From NCBI RefSeq assembly GCF_009914755.1, contig NC_060931.1: DNA of 64,000 nucleotides; one strand, written 5' to 3'. This stretch comes from the human T2T-CHM13v2.0 reference genome, Homo sapiens. Position numbers and translations under genes: made by a program. The notes beneath the pieces were generated by a model that saw only the letters and a list, made by a program, of their open reading frames with translations, had not been told where the DNA came from and made no database searches. This document shows positions 49,046 through 62,729 of the stretch, piece after piece (the stretch's first letter is position 1; every line of letters starts with the position of its first letter).

Positions 49046-50519
49046 ACAACATATGGTGAAATCCTGACCATGAGATCCAGTAAAAGAAACAAAAGATACT
49101 CAGCATTTCAGGCTTTGTATAGTCAGTGAGTAAATAAACAAAGAAACAAACCAAAGAGTATTCCCTAAGAACCTAGATGTAGTGTCTTAGGAACTGGGCC
49201 ACCTACTGAGGATAGAACGATGAATAAACCAAGGCTTTTGTCCTTGAGAAAGTCACAGAGAGGAAGCAGGCCTATAAACAGGCAAATCACAATATGGTTT
49301 GATAAGTAGTGTCTGTGAATGGATTTGATAAGCAGGTATGTTTAACAAGGAATGCGCAGGGAAAAGGTAAATAGGATTTTGACATCTTCAAAGAGGAGGT
49401 TGTAATGGAAAAGGCTTCAAAAGGGAGTTATTTTGAAGACTGTATTGCTAGGCATTCAACATCAAATATCGGGTGTGGTAAATCTTGGTCCTCTGTTGTC
49501 TAAATATAATAATTTAAGAATTTTCCTGTTAGATTTTCTTCTAAAATCAAAGAACTGAAATTTGAAATGGGAAATTTGGAGAAACTTCCATGGAGATGGC
49601 ATTTTCATTTGCTAACGTTGAGTCTAAAATTCTAATATAAGTATCGTTACAAACCATAAGCAAACTGATGCATACAACCACGTGTCACTAAAAGCAATTT
49701 CTAACGATACTTGCTACCCAACCTGTTGAAATCTACCTCTCATGTTATTTTTCTCTCTCTCTGACTCTTCTTAATTTCATTATTTGAAAAACTGAGAGCA
49801 GGCCATTCACCTACCTTTCTCCATTCCTCATCTCCTGAACTATATTTTTTTACCTACTTGAGCCCTCTGTCCCCCATATCCAGTTGGGCAAATAGCTCAT
49901 CCTTCCCATGTAGCCCCCAGCCTCAGGGCCATCATGCCTTATTGTACATAATAAAATCCTGCAATGTTATTTCTGCCACTTTTCCTTCTCATCCTTTCAA
50001 AAAGATGTTTTTGTTTTCTTCCCTGAATTGCAAGGAGATTATGCATCTTCTAAAGATGGAGAGATCTATATATGATCATCTCTTATTATTAAATGATAAT
50101 TTGTACCTTAATTTACAGAAATACCAGAAACTGTACAATGTGACTTTGCTTTATTTTCTCAGAAATGCTAAAGTTCTTTTATCATCATTATTATTATTCA
50201 TCAGTTCTCCTCTTTTCATTCACTTGTGTACTGATGACTTCTTTCTAGTTTGTCCCCATAGCAACACTGGATAATGCTAATGAAACTGCAACATCTTAAG
50301 CTCTCCCACAGAGCATCTCTGTTAAAATAGCCATGAAACACTATTTTCTTTCCTTAAAAGAAATCAGTATTTTGGAATCTCTCTCATGATCAAGACTTAA
50401 CTTTCTAAACTGTCTAACTAGCATTGAATCTTTAATTTAGAGAAGCTTTTCAGAAAGCAATAAACCACATTTGAGACACCATCTTCTTCCCCACATTCAT
50501 ATCACATGTTGGTATACAG

Positions 50520-50702
50520 CCATGGTTCTCAAAATATGGTTCCCCAGCAGCATCAGCATCACCTGGGAACTTGTTAGTGTTGCTAATTTACATGCCATAC
50601 TCCAAACCTACTGAATCAGCAACTCTGGGAATGGAGCCCAATACTCTGTTTAAACGAGTCCTCCAGGTGATTCAAATGTGTGATACAATTCAGGAACCAC
50701 TG
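50520..50702 (+). mobile_element. MER5A hAT DNA transposon
   Basis: TGGTTCTCAAA..CAGCAGCATCAGCATCACCTGGGAACTTGTTAG..GAACCACTG; 8-bp TSD GTATACAG/GTGTACAG. Confidence 0.85.
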
Positions 50703-50969
50703 GTGTACAGGATAGGCAGTGCTGTAGTAGGCAACAACATCACATCCAGTTTGTGTGTGTGTCTGGGGTTGTGTTGACATGATTGGAAATTAATGTTCTG
50801 TTTGTTTTTTATGGCCTCTAAGTTTATTTATGCTATGAAATATTAGCTGAATAACAATTTGTGTTAAAATAAATATGGCATTACACAATGTCAGATTAGC
50901 TAATGAAAAGAAGTGTTTCCTAATCCTTATTTATCTGTTATTAACAAGTGTAAGAAAAAGCCAAGTTAA

Positions 50970-51289
50970 GATCAGGTGTGGTGGCTCATGGCTGTAATCA
51001 CAGCACTTTGGGAGGCCAAAGCGGGAAGATTGCTTGAGCCCAGGATTTTAAGACCAGCCTTGGCAACATAGTGAGAACTCGCCTGTAGAAAAAATGTTTA
51101 AAAATTAGCCGGGCGTGGTGGCATGGGCTTGTAGTCCCAGCTACTCTGAAGGCTGAGGTGGGAGGATTGCTTGAGCCCAGGGGAGTTCAAGGCTTCAGTG
51201 AGCTGAGATCGCGCCACTGTACTCCAGCCTGGGTGACAGAGCCAGATCCTGTCTCAAAGAAACAAAACAAACAAACAAACAAAAAAAAC
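50970..51289 (+). mobile_element. AluJ
   Basis: J diagnostics; (AAAC)n tail. Confidence 0.92.
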
Positions 51290-52704
51290 AAGTGATTGCC
51301 ATTTACTCTATAGTAGTAGGTAATGACTTCAACTATAAAAGTGTGTGGTTTTTTTCTATTTTTGTTTCTTAAATGGAAAGCTAATATATTTCAATTGTGT
51401 GGATGCTGACAAATATTCACCTTTTTGAAAGAAGTCTTTTAAATAGTGCTTTTTCTGTTTGTGGTTAATACTTCATTCTTTTTATGCTTAAACACATCAA
51501 AAGCATACAGTAAAAAAAGTGATTTTTTTTGGAAACTATGACTTAGCAAAAAATAGGAAGCAGATATAATAGAGAATTGCAAAAAGGACACAAGTTAACT
51601 TTATCACATAAAGTTTTAAGAGGCAGGTAGGATCCAGAAGTTGAAGATCCAGGCAGAAATTTAAGTCTCTGAGACAGTATTAAAGTTAAGTATTAAAAAT
51701 TGCTGTTCACCACAAAAGCTGAACCACCTCTATGCTAGGATGTGGTAACAGAGCCTAAAGAAGTTGCATTGTTGGTGGTCTGGCCAGACCTGAAATCCCA
51801 CATGTCAGGCTATAATATAAAGAGCTAAACAGGATTCAGAAATCAAGATAAGCAAGAATCCTTTGATCAGGAATCCAGATGTCAGTTAGTCCAAGGAATC
51901 AGTAACAATACAGTAATTCCTGCTACCCACTGAAGCCTGATATAATAAGCACCTGGCATGTGCCCCTTCCTCTTGAGGATCACTGCCCAAATTCAGACCC
52001 TCACTGTATCTCACCTGGGCTGTTGCAATTGCTTCCTTATTGGAGTCAAATCACTGAATACTAATAACATTCAGTTTTGTGAATATGCAGTCTCTGCCTT
52101 CCTTCCGTATGCGCCTTGAAGTGCCCTGCTTTTCCACACTGGACTTGCTCCTTTTATGTATTTGTACTTGCCCCTATGTCTTGGTTCAAATAATTGACTT
52201 GTTACACTTTGGCAGATTAGATGCTCTCCTCACCCTGGATTTTCTCTCGACCTTGCACATACCTTTATTTAAAACAAATGCCATGTATTATCATTGCTTG
52301 TGTTGCTACCCATTCTTTGAGACTAGAATCTATGTCTTCATCTCTCTAGTCCTCTCTCCTAGCTTGGTGCTTAGCATACCATAGGTTTTCAATAAATAAT
52401 TTTTGAATGATTGAATAAGAGATTTCTACATATAATAGGCATGGCACACGTAAATCATGGATTTTCCTAAATAATTTTGATTTGAAATATTTAGTCCTTT
52501 TCTTTCAGCTATCAGTAATTTTGAAATTCAGCTATTTGTGTCCCAAATTTATCTCCTGAATGTCTTATACATAGAAATAAGAAAAATCCCTTGAAGTTAC
52601 CACCTACCAGGGACCTAGCAAGAGGAAGACTATACTCTTGAGGAAGGGTATGTTAGCCATTTAAGAACATCTCCAGGGAAGTCCATTAATTAACTTCTTT
52701 GGAG

Positions 52705-53026
52705 TTTTTTTTTTTTTTTTTTTTTTTTTTGAGAAAGAGTCTCACTCTGTCACCCAGACTAGAGTGCAGTGGCACCATCTTGGCTCACTTTTGCTCTCTA
52801 AGTGGCTCACCTCCACCTCCCAGGTTCAAGTGATTCTCTTGCCTCAACCTAGCGAGTAGCTGGGATTACAGATGTGCACCACCATGCTTGGCTAATGTTT
52901 TTATTTTTAGTAGAGATGGGGTTTCACCATGTTGGCCAGGCTGGTCTCAAACTCCTGACCTCAGGTGATATACCCACCTCAGCCTCCCAAAGTGCTGGGA
53001 TTACAGGCGTAAACCAGTGTGCTGGC
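52705..53026 (-). mobile_element. Alu (AluSx-like) with an internal filler insertion
   Basis: Antisense dimer with a T26 tail. Confidence 0.92.
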
Positions 53027-53738
53027 CACATTAATACAGTTTAAAGCTGGGGAATGGGATAGAATGTTTTTGTGCATGCTTGAGAGGTTTAGTACCATAA
53101 TTTTTGTTCAGAATTGTTAGAAATAGACCATATAGAAAATCTGTTCTTTTCTTTCTTCTCTTTGCATTTTCATACCCGTCCAAAATTCAAAACACTGGGG
53201 AAAAGTGGCTAGAACTGGGAAATACAAAACAGTTCTATGTTTGTTCCATGGGAAATGGATTATAATGACCTTTAATTTATTTGGAAACATCTCAGAAAAT
53301 ATAAAGTTTTGTATAAGGAGTTTACCAGAGTTCTGAAGATTATTATGCTAAGTAGTTATTTTTCAATGGGATTACACACTTCACTGACTACAAACATTGT
53401 GTATTGATGACCATCAACATAATCAATACAATATTACTTGCTGACGCCACACCGGATATTTCTAAATTGCTGTATATTTTTGGTTTTTGTTTCCATAGTT
53501 ATTCTTGCTTCTCCTTGCCTTGTGACAATTAAACAAATATTTACCCAGCATTTACTTTGTGCAGGACACTGTGCTAGGTGGTAGAACCAGAAGAATAAGC
53601 AAAACAAACAGGCTTCCTGCCTTCATCAAACTTAAAAACTGGCAGGAAAAATAGACTTTAGCAGTATTTCAACTTCTCTCCCTATCTTAATGGGTGCTAG
53701 AGAGAACTGGGTATAAAATGAATGTTTATAGCAGAAGT

Positions 53739-54467
53739 CAGGTCATGAACTCAGAGCCTGCAAGGGACCTGCCAGGTAACAGAAATGAGGGAAGTGGAAT
53801 AGAAAATAAGATTAGATAATGTCTAAAAACAACAGGTATTAGACTTCATTAGTAGATTTTAGGTATTAGTAATACCTGTTGTTATTAGACTTTATTTAAT
53901 CGTGACCACTTTAAATTTACTACTACCTTCAGCTTGATGTTAGAGTAATAGGGAGTGGTAAGGGTCATGGCAAACAATAACATACCTTCTCTAAGGAAGC
54001 AGCCATTTAGATCCGATTATTGAAAAGTGGAAAATCACTCCCAATGTTATCACAATTTTCAAATTTTTAATTTTTAATTTATATTATTTTATTTTACTTT
54101 ATTTAATTTTTTTAGAGTCAGGGTCTTGCTCTGTTGCCCAGGCTGGGGTGCAGTGGCCCATTCGTAACTCACAGCAACCCCGAACTCCTAGGCTCAAGTG
54201 ATCATCCAGCCTTAGCCTTCCAAGTAGGTAGGACTGCAGGACACACCACCAGGCCTGGCTAACATTTTTTTTCTTTGTAGAGACAGGATCTTGCTATGTT
54301 ACCCAGGCTGGCAAATTTTTTTAAGCCAGAATATGAAATCATTTTTTTATGTCTACTCTATTCATTTTAATGATGGTAACTAATTGAAATTAAAATATTT
54401 TGCTTAGCAAATAAAATATATCAGTGAGGTAAATTTGGCGTGAGAGTTGCCAGTTTGTAGGTCCTGA
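53739..54467 (-). mobile_element. MER102-like hAT element interrupted by AluJ
   Basis: Ends resemble MER102 termini (GCCAGTTTGTAGGTCCTG; CAGGTCATGAACTCA..GCCTGCAAGGG). Confidence 0.55.
54069..54311 (-). mobile_element. 5'-truncated AluJ
   Basis: Right arm plus part of the left arm; TSD CAAATTTTT. Confidence 0.85.
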
Positions 54468-54577
54468 GAGAGTGAGCCTTCTGCAAGGTAAGTGCATGAA
54501 TTTTAGCATCTAATTTGAATACATTTTAGCATCTAATATGAATATACAGAAGCCTTTTTTTTTGCTTTCTTCCTAGT

Positions 54578-54820
54578 TAGGATTACTAGATTAAGCAAAT
54601 GATAATAAGGGATGATGTCAAATTATATTTGAATTTCAAATAAACACTTCTTTTTTTTTTAGTACATACCTTGTATATGTCTTAACTACTGCACAGAATA
54701 TACTTGTACTATGCAAAGCCATACAGTATTTGGACGTACTTACGCCAAAAAAAAAAGTATTCTTTGGTTATTTAAAATTCAAATTTAATTGGGCATGCTG
54801 TATTCTATCTGGCACCCCTG
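54578..54820 (+). mobile_element. MER53 palindromic hAT MITE
   Basis: Arms TTTGAATTTCAAATAAAC and GTTATTTAAAATTCAAATTTAA; end TATCTGGCACCCCTG; 8-bp TSD TTCCTAGT/TTCCTAGC. Confidence 0.82.
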
Positions 54821-56268
54821 TTCCTAGCACTGTGCTACTATTATGAAACTAAGTTCTCCAAATAAGCGGCCTATGGCTAAATGAAATGTTTTAATCATTT
54901 TTCCTATGTGTTGATGTTAATTTTAAGTAATTAAAAATTTACTTTTTTATTGGGTGATTGCTGTTTGTCAAGATGGGCAAGCCTGCAAATAGGAAGTTTA
55001 AAATAATCTTATCTATGGGGAAAATTTCTTATTTAGCATTTATATATAAACTTCTAAATTGTTCTTAACATGCTTTATTATTTTGGCACCAAAAGAATTC
55101 TTTCTGTGGTTCCAATGAACATTTTTGTCTACATATTTACCCTCGTGCTACCATTTGCCTTTGTGACATTAAAAAAAAACAAAACATATCTTCATAAATG
55201 TCCCCCTTTCCATGTTAGCAAATTGATTTTCATTTTAATCTTTGAAAAGCTAAATTATTAATACTTTGCTTCAAATAGTATTCTCCCTGATACCCATGTC
55301 ACTTTGCAATTGTTTTTGTACTTTTTGAAGTTCTCTTTTCTTCCCTTACTGATATTAACCATCTGTATTAATGAGGTAATAAACCAGGCTTGTTGCTAAT
55401 GAATTGATTCATTCAGTGCTGGATTTAATTAGAAAGATATTTAACATGCCAGCAGATGTTCTGATTTTGTTTCATTACCCCCAAATATAATAAAATAAAA
55501 TACAATAAATTTTTATATTTTTGCATAAATTAAACAGAGTCAAGATGTATTACTCTGTTGTATATTGTAAAAGCCTAACTGATGGAGATTTTGTTACTAG
55601 TATATTCCAAATATTAGAAGGAAAGTCAGTTTTCTCTTTAAAACACTCACCTAACTAATTAGCATAAGAGTAAAATCTAGGAATAAAAATTACGTAGTAG
55701 TAGAGTGCCACGACCCCCAAATCTATAGAAAAGAACCTAAGCCGCAGATACTTCCCGAAGATTTCTTTTTATTACTTTAATAGAGGATGCCTTTTCTAAA
55801 TTAACCACTAAACAGGTTACTTAAGAGCGCTTAATTTCAGAGACACGTCCAGTGACTTTGTTTTATTAACTCTTTGCTTTTCGTAGTTTTGTTTGCAGTG
55901 TCCAAAAGACTTATTTAAAAAGAAAGAAAGAAAGAAAGAAAAAGGCAGCTTTAGGAGAGATTTTTAATGTTCAAGGCTTTATGAGAGAAATTAGGATGAA
56001 AAGTTATAAATGTGTTAATGCATGCACAAAAGTAACAGCTCATACAAACTGAGTAGTCCTTATTTTGGACTTTCAGCCTCTAGCATGCTCTTTCTAGAAA
56101 GGAATAAAAGGATTTTGTGCAGTGTCCCAGGTACCATATCAACAGATACGTGAATTAAGCAATCACTGACATACAAATACATTAGGAGAGAAAAACTGTT
56201 ATAAGATTTAACAAGTAGATAAGTTCATCTATCAGGTAAACATCCTGAGATATAAGTATAAAAGCTAC

Positions 56269-56577
<309 letters not shown>

Positions 56578-59500
56578 TTAAAAGGAGGAAGAAGACAAAA
56601 GTAATTCCTTTACCCTCTCCAGTTTAGCTTTCATTGCTTTGTTTGGTAGTTCCTTTTGTTTAAAAATATGTCACATATTATTTACAAATGAGTATCATAT
56701 TATAAATATGGTTTTCTATATTTTTTCATTTAGCAATATGTTCTGAGTATTTTCCCATACTACTCAATCTCTCAAAACACATTTTAATGACTTGCTTAAT
56801 TTCTATAATTCATTTAAGTATTGTTGGGTATTGAGTCATTTCTAATTTTTTCCTAGCGTTATGTAACATCAACGTATATTCTTGAATAAACCCCTCAGTC
56901 TTGCTCTTATAGGGTGTTATTTCTAGGAAGCGATAAGCCTTAGTTACCAGTTAAACTTTAATTTTCAAATTCCATTTCAGAGTGTAAGGAACATATTAAT
57001 TTCCTAAAACTAGGGCAAAATGGGAATGAAATCAGGAGTGGGAGGTGGGCTAGGCGGAGAGCACAGGTGATAGAAATAGTTGGGCCTACTCTAGTGTCTC
57101 TGCTACCTTTTCTGACTTTCAAGATGAATAAAGCATTGAGTGATTGTGTTTTTCATCTGAGGTTCACTTCTTACAAATTTATGATATTTTTCTTTTAGTC
57201 TTAACAGTTCTTCCAAGATTTGATAGATTTGTTAATGTCATTCAAAGCCAATCACAGAAATGTGTGTGAGAAAGAAAGATCAGAACTCACAACAATAGGT
57301 TACCCAACCCTTAATTAGTTTCTATTAGATCTTGCTTCAGTGGTTCTGTTTATGGGTTTGCTCAGACAGCTTGGGAAGATCCCAGCCACCATAAAAACTT
57401 CAGCCGTTGGTCAGTTCATAAACTCTATAGATCTCTATCATTCTCTGCGTTAGATTCTTTTAATTCTTTACTTGGCTTCCCTTGTACTATAGGTTATCTG
57501 GTGTCATCAGCTTCAACCAGGTGCATAAGTGATGGAAATGAAGTTTCAGTAGTAAAGTACATACTTGAAGACTGTCCCTCCTTTTACCTTTTCTAAAGTC
57601 CATTTTACCTAACATACAACAATTTGGTTTTCAGCTTATTTATTTCAGAAATAAATTTGCTACATCCCATAAATGCAATGGATGGCATTTCATATGCCTA
57701 GCTCTATCTACTTTCTGATTATGTTTTTGTTTTTCAGATTAAGAAAACTGATTATTTTATTTTAGCCTATATCGACAATCATTTCTTGCTTTTTCTGTGA
57801 GGAAAGAATGATAACTCTGGAATTGATGATGGAAAAAATACTCCTTTTTTGGTGTTAACTTCTCCCCTAATTTATTTTCTTGCTTCTTCCCTAAATACTA
57901 CCACACCACATAACATTTCACCCCAAATTCTTAAATTTTTTAACCTTTATGATCCATTTAGGAGTGTATCTGTTTTTATGAATTTATTCATAATCTTGTC
58001 TCCATTAAAAGACACCATTGCTCATTTGCTTAATCCTCTTGAATATCAAAGCCTCTAGTCAAAGCTCTTGTGTCATTCAGCTCACTTTCACTTGAATATT
58101 CTATAATAGAAAACTTTTTTAAAGCAAGGTGACCTGAACTACCATTTGTTCCAAATAAAGTTCATTATTGGTTTTTAAGTAACATCTTTTGACTTATACC
58201 AAGGCACTAAACATTTCAGAATGGTTTAGTTTTTAAAGCACTTTGCCAAAGGTTTAGAGTATTATCTTCTATTAAACATTGATTCTTCTGTTCAGTGTCT
58301 TGTAGCATATGAGTACCTAGGGTGTACTCATTTTCTATAGAAATTGGTGTTCCCTAACTCACTATTTTCTATTTCTCTACAATGAGTTCTTTTCACTACT
58401 CTCAGCCAGCCTGCATGTAATAGCTCTCCTCCTTCCTACAATCTGCCCTTCTAGTTTCGCAGCCTCAATAGATTTCGTCTTTCTTCATGCCCTATCTTCC
58501 AAATTACTGAGACATTTAAAAAAGCAATACAAAAAAAAAAAAAAAAAAGATCATTGAGCCACGTGTGTAGACTGCTTGCCCAGATTAATGGATCTTAAAA
58601 TGGCCAAGCTGCTAGCTAGGAATTTTCAGCTTTATATTAAATCTCAGCATGCAAGCCAAAAAGAGAGCACTGTATGGGATATTGTCATTACAAAGAGAAC
58701 TTGGTACTTTAAGTTCCTATAGCAAACAGTATTTTTAGATTCAATTTTTATAGGGATTGTCTGTTTGCCATAGTTATTTATTTATGAAAAAAGTACACGG
58801 TTTACATGATTTATTTTCTGTATTGATATATTAAAGGCTAATAAGTTAAATATATAAATAAAGGTAATTTATGACAAAAAGTTTGTTCTGTAGCATTGCC
58901 CTCAGAATATTTTATAAACAATATAGAGGGCTACATATTTTTAAGAAAAATATTTTGTCTTGATAGTATAAAAATGTGCCATTTTTCCTATTTAGAAACT
59001 CTTCAAAGCTTAGCATTTAAGAAGTTATATTTTATATTTGTTCCAATTAGAAATATGGATACTTTTGGTTATAAAAGTTGATATATAATACTGCCTAACT
59101 TCATAGGGACTTAGACACTCACAGTGTCCATAAAAAAATAATAAAAATAGTACAGAGCAGTAATAAAATATATATTGTATTTCATTAACAACATTCCTGC
59201 TGTCAAGAGGAGGAGGGAAAAACCAGGGTTTCTCCATCGTAATCCAAATGTTAAGATATTTGCTCAGGGAGTGTATTATGAGCTATAATGAGCTTGGGCT
59301 CTGGAGTCAGACTTTATGGATGCCAGTCCTCTCCATTTCTTACTGGCAGTGTAACCCTTGTATAACCTTTTTGTCAAGGAAGGGCCTCTACTCAATATGT
59401 GAAACAGAAAGCTGGATTTACTGTTGTTGGACAGTGGAGATACGTACTTGTAAGGCACAGTCTTTCTGAATAAAGCAGACTGCTGATCTTATTGAGGGTT

Positions 59501-60405
59501 TTGAGACTAGTAGAGGTTAGGGACTGGCCAACTGTCAGAAGCAGGAGGGTGTATGGGGATTGGGTCCCATTAGCTATGGCAGTATAGTCATTAAATGAGG
59601 CTGTTGCCAATGATTCAGAAATGTGGTAATGGAATTGAGTTCTCACTGACCCATTGGGATGAGTTTAAAACTGTTTATGATTCTTACTACTTAACAATAA
59701 TAAAACTGCCTTCCTCATAGGACATTTCTGATAATTAAATCAGAGACTACATGTAAAATTCCTAGCATGATGCCTAATAGAAACAGGCCTTCTTCTTTAT
59801 CAGTCTGACCTTAAAGAGAGTAAAGCCCTTCAACTATGAAAGCCCCAGCTTTTGTAGCTTCAGATCATCACACTGGGCAGTGTGGCCTCTCAAATTTGTC
59901 TCACTCCTCAGTGTTATACAGTACATGCTGTTCATTTGCATTTGTGTGTGTAGTTAATACATGGCTCTGCAATGTCAGCATTTTCTGCAGTATTTGTCTC
60001 AGTTGTAAGTAGATATCATTTGCTTTCCATGCCAGTGGGCTTTTTGTGGGTTTGGTTTTGTTAAGCTTTTATGAGCATCACATATCTCTGTGAGAACCTG
60101 TTGAAAGCTGTGAACACTATCCCCTGAGAAATGTGCATATAAATATACACATTTTTGTGTACAGTTTATTGGGTTCTCAGGCTTCATGAAAGTTCAGGCC
60201 CTGCTCTTCAGAGCTACCTCTGTTCAAAAGGATAAATTCTCTGTCAGAATCTTCACCTCTGGAAACACAGATTTCAGTTGTAAAACATTGAAAAATATAA
60301 ACAAAAACAGCGCCTTAGAAAACAAAATGTATCTTGGCATTTCAAAGCAAAGGTTGACATTGACTAGATAGGAGGCTTCCAGCTCCTGCCAGCCACAATG
60401 ACCTT

Positions 60406-60546
60406 TTCTAAGCAAAAGTGTAGGCCAGGGCAATGGGTTTTGAATATTACTGTGCATAAGCCAATGGATTATGTACACTAATATTCATTAGCTTATGTAT
60501 ACTAATATTCAAAACCCGTTGCCCTGGCCTACACTTTTGCCTAGAA
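60406..60546. repeat. 64-bp-arm inverted repeat (long hairpin) with a 13-nt loop
   Basis: Arms 60406-60469 and 60483-60546; 57/64 complementary with no gaps. Confidence 0.93.
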
Positions 60547-60947
60547 TGCAACTCCTAAATGCTAATGCCCAAACTTTCTTTAGCCACAACATAATATATA
60601 AGTAAACCACATTAAAATGTCCATATTCTTTGACCTAGAAATTCTACTTCTAATAATTTGTCTCAAGAAAATTATCATTTAAAAATGGCAAAAAATTAGG
60701 TACAGGTGTTTTCACTGCAACTTTATTTATGGTAACAAGAAATGTATGCAACCTAAGCATCTAACCTGAAGAATCGGTTAAACAAATTGTGTTATGTTTC
60801 AATGTTAGAATACTGTGGTTCTTGCAAGTAATTTTATAGAAGGATATTCCATGGTGTGGAAAGTTATTTGTAGCTATTAAATGGAGAAAAAAAAAGTATC
60901 AAGAAAGTATTTTTTGAAATTTTAATAAAAATATATGTTGAAATATA

Positions 60948-61951
60948 CAAGTATACCTCAGAGATATTAAGGGTTTGGTTTCAGGTCACCACAATAAAGA
61001 CAATATTCACAATAAAGCGAGTCACATGGATTTTTTTGGTTTCCTAGTACATGTAAAAGTTATATTTACACATATTAAGTGTGCAATAATGGTATTATGT
61101 CAAAAAATAATGTACATACCTTAATTAAAAGATACTTAATTGGTAAAAAATGCTTACGCTCATCTGAGCCTTCAGTGAGTTGTCATCTTTTTGCTGGTGC
61201 AGGGTCTTGCCTCAATGTTTGTCTGCTGACTGGTAAGGGTAGTGGTTGCTGAAGGTTGGGGTGGCTGTGGCAATTTCTTAACAAAAGACAACAATGAAGT
61301 TTGTGGCATTTATTGACTTCTCCCTTCATCAAAACTTTCTCCATATAAGTTGTTTTGCTTTTTTATCATTTGTGCGTTCAGTGGAGTAGCACTTTCAGCC
61401 CCCTTCAACAATTTTTCCTTTGCATTCCCAACTTGGCTGGTTAGCACAAAAGGCCTAGCTTTCAATCTGTCTTGGCTTTCCACTTGCCTTTCCACTAACC
61501 TTAATCATTTCTAGCTTTTGATTTAAAGTGACAGACTTGAGACTCTTCACTTGAACACTTAAAGGCCATTGTAGGATTATTCATTGCCCTAATTTGAATA
61601 TCATTGTGTCTCAGGGAATTGGGAGGAGAAAGGGGAGAATGGCAGGTCAGTGGAGCAGTAAGAACACACACGTTTATCTTAAAGTTCACCATCTTATATG
61701 GGCGCAATTTGTTAGCTCCCCAAAACGATTACATAACAATTAGTAACATCAAGTATCACTGATCACAGATCGCCATATCAGATATAATAATACGAAAAAC
61801 TTTGAAATGTTGCCAAAATTACCAAAATTTGACAGAGAGATACAAAGTGAGCACGTGCTGTTGGGGAAAAATGGCACCAATAGACTTGCTCTGTACAGGG
61901 TTGCCACAAACCTTCAATTTGTAAAAAGCACAATAAAGTGAAGTATGCCTG
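60948..61951 (-). mobile_element. Tigger1 DNA transposon, internally deleted
   Basis: TIRs CAAGTATACCTC / AAGTATGCCTG, TA TSD on both sides; the 61310-61495 ORF fragment SQVGNAKEKLLK..ESATPLNAQMIKK resembles the Tigger1 transposase N-terminus. Confidence 0.9.
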
Positions 61952-62435
61952 TATATGAAGAAAAATCATCATAATGTTAATGGTGGTTATTTCTGAATGG
62001 TGAGATTATGGGTATTTTTTCTTTTCACTTTGCTTGAAAGTTTTACAGTGAACTATGTGTTCAGTTTTTTTATTCAGAAAATTGTTTCAAAACACTATAA
62101 GGGTTAGTCAAAATAATTTAGTGAGAGTTTTAATCAAAGTATTACATTGGTCACCCAAGAAGTAAAGAAGATCACTGAGAGCTGTTCCTTTACATTTTGA
62201 ATGAGAGGAGATGGTAAAAGACCCAGTAGTGGGTTCCTCTCTGTAGAAAAGAAGGGTCAGTATTTGGAGAGGGAAGGGTCCAGAAAGAAGCTACTAGAGG
62301 CAGATACTTTGTTGGCTCTGCTGTGCTTTTAAATGATAAGGACAAATAGAAGCTGTGAGTAGTATTTTCATCTTACTGCAGAAAGAGGGAAATGATTCCT
62401 ATGAATAACATTGTTACATTTACTTTTTAATTCTT

Positions 62436-62729
62436 TTTTTTTTTGACGGAGTCTCACTCACTCTGTCACCCAGGCTGGAGTGTAGTGGCGCTATCTGGGC
62501 TCACTGCAACCTCCCATCTCCTGGGTTCAAGGGATTCTGCTGCCTCAGCCTCCTTAGTAGCTAGGATTACAGGCACTGGCCACCACACCCAGCTGATTTT
62601 TGTATTTTTATTAGAGACAGGGTTTCGCCATGTTGGCCTGGCTGGTCTCAAACTCCTGGCCTCAAGCAATCCATCCTCCTCAGCCTGTCAAACTGCTGGG
62701 ATTACAGGCAAGAGTCACAGTGCCCAGCC
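62436..62729 (-). mobile_element. Alu (J or old S)
   Basis: 15-bp TSD TACTTTTTAATTCTT at 62421-62435 and 62730-62744. Confidence 0.93.
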
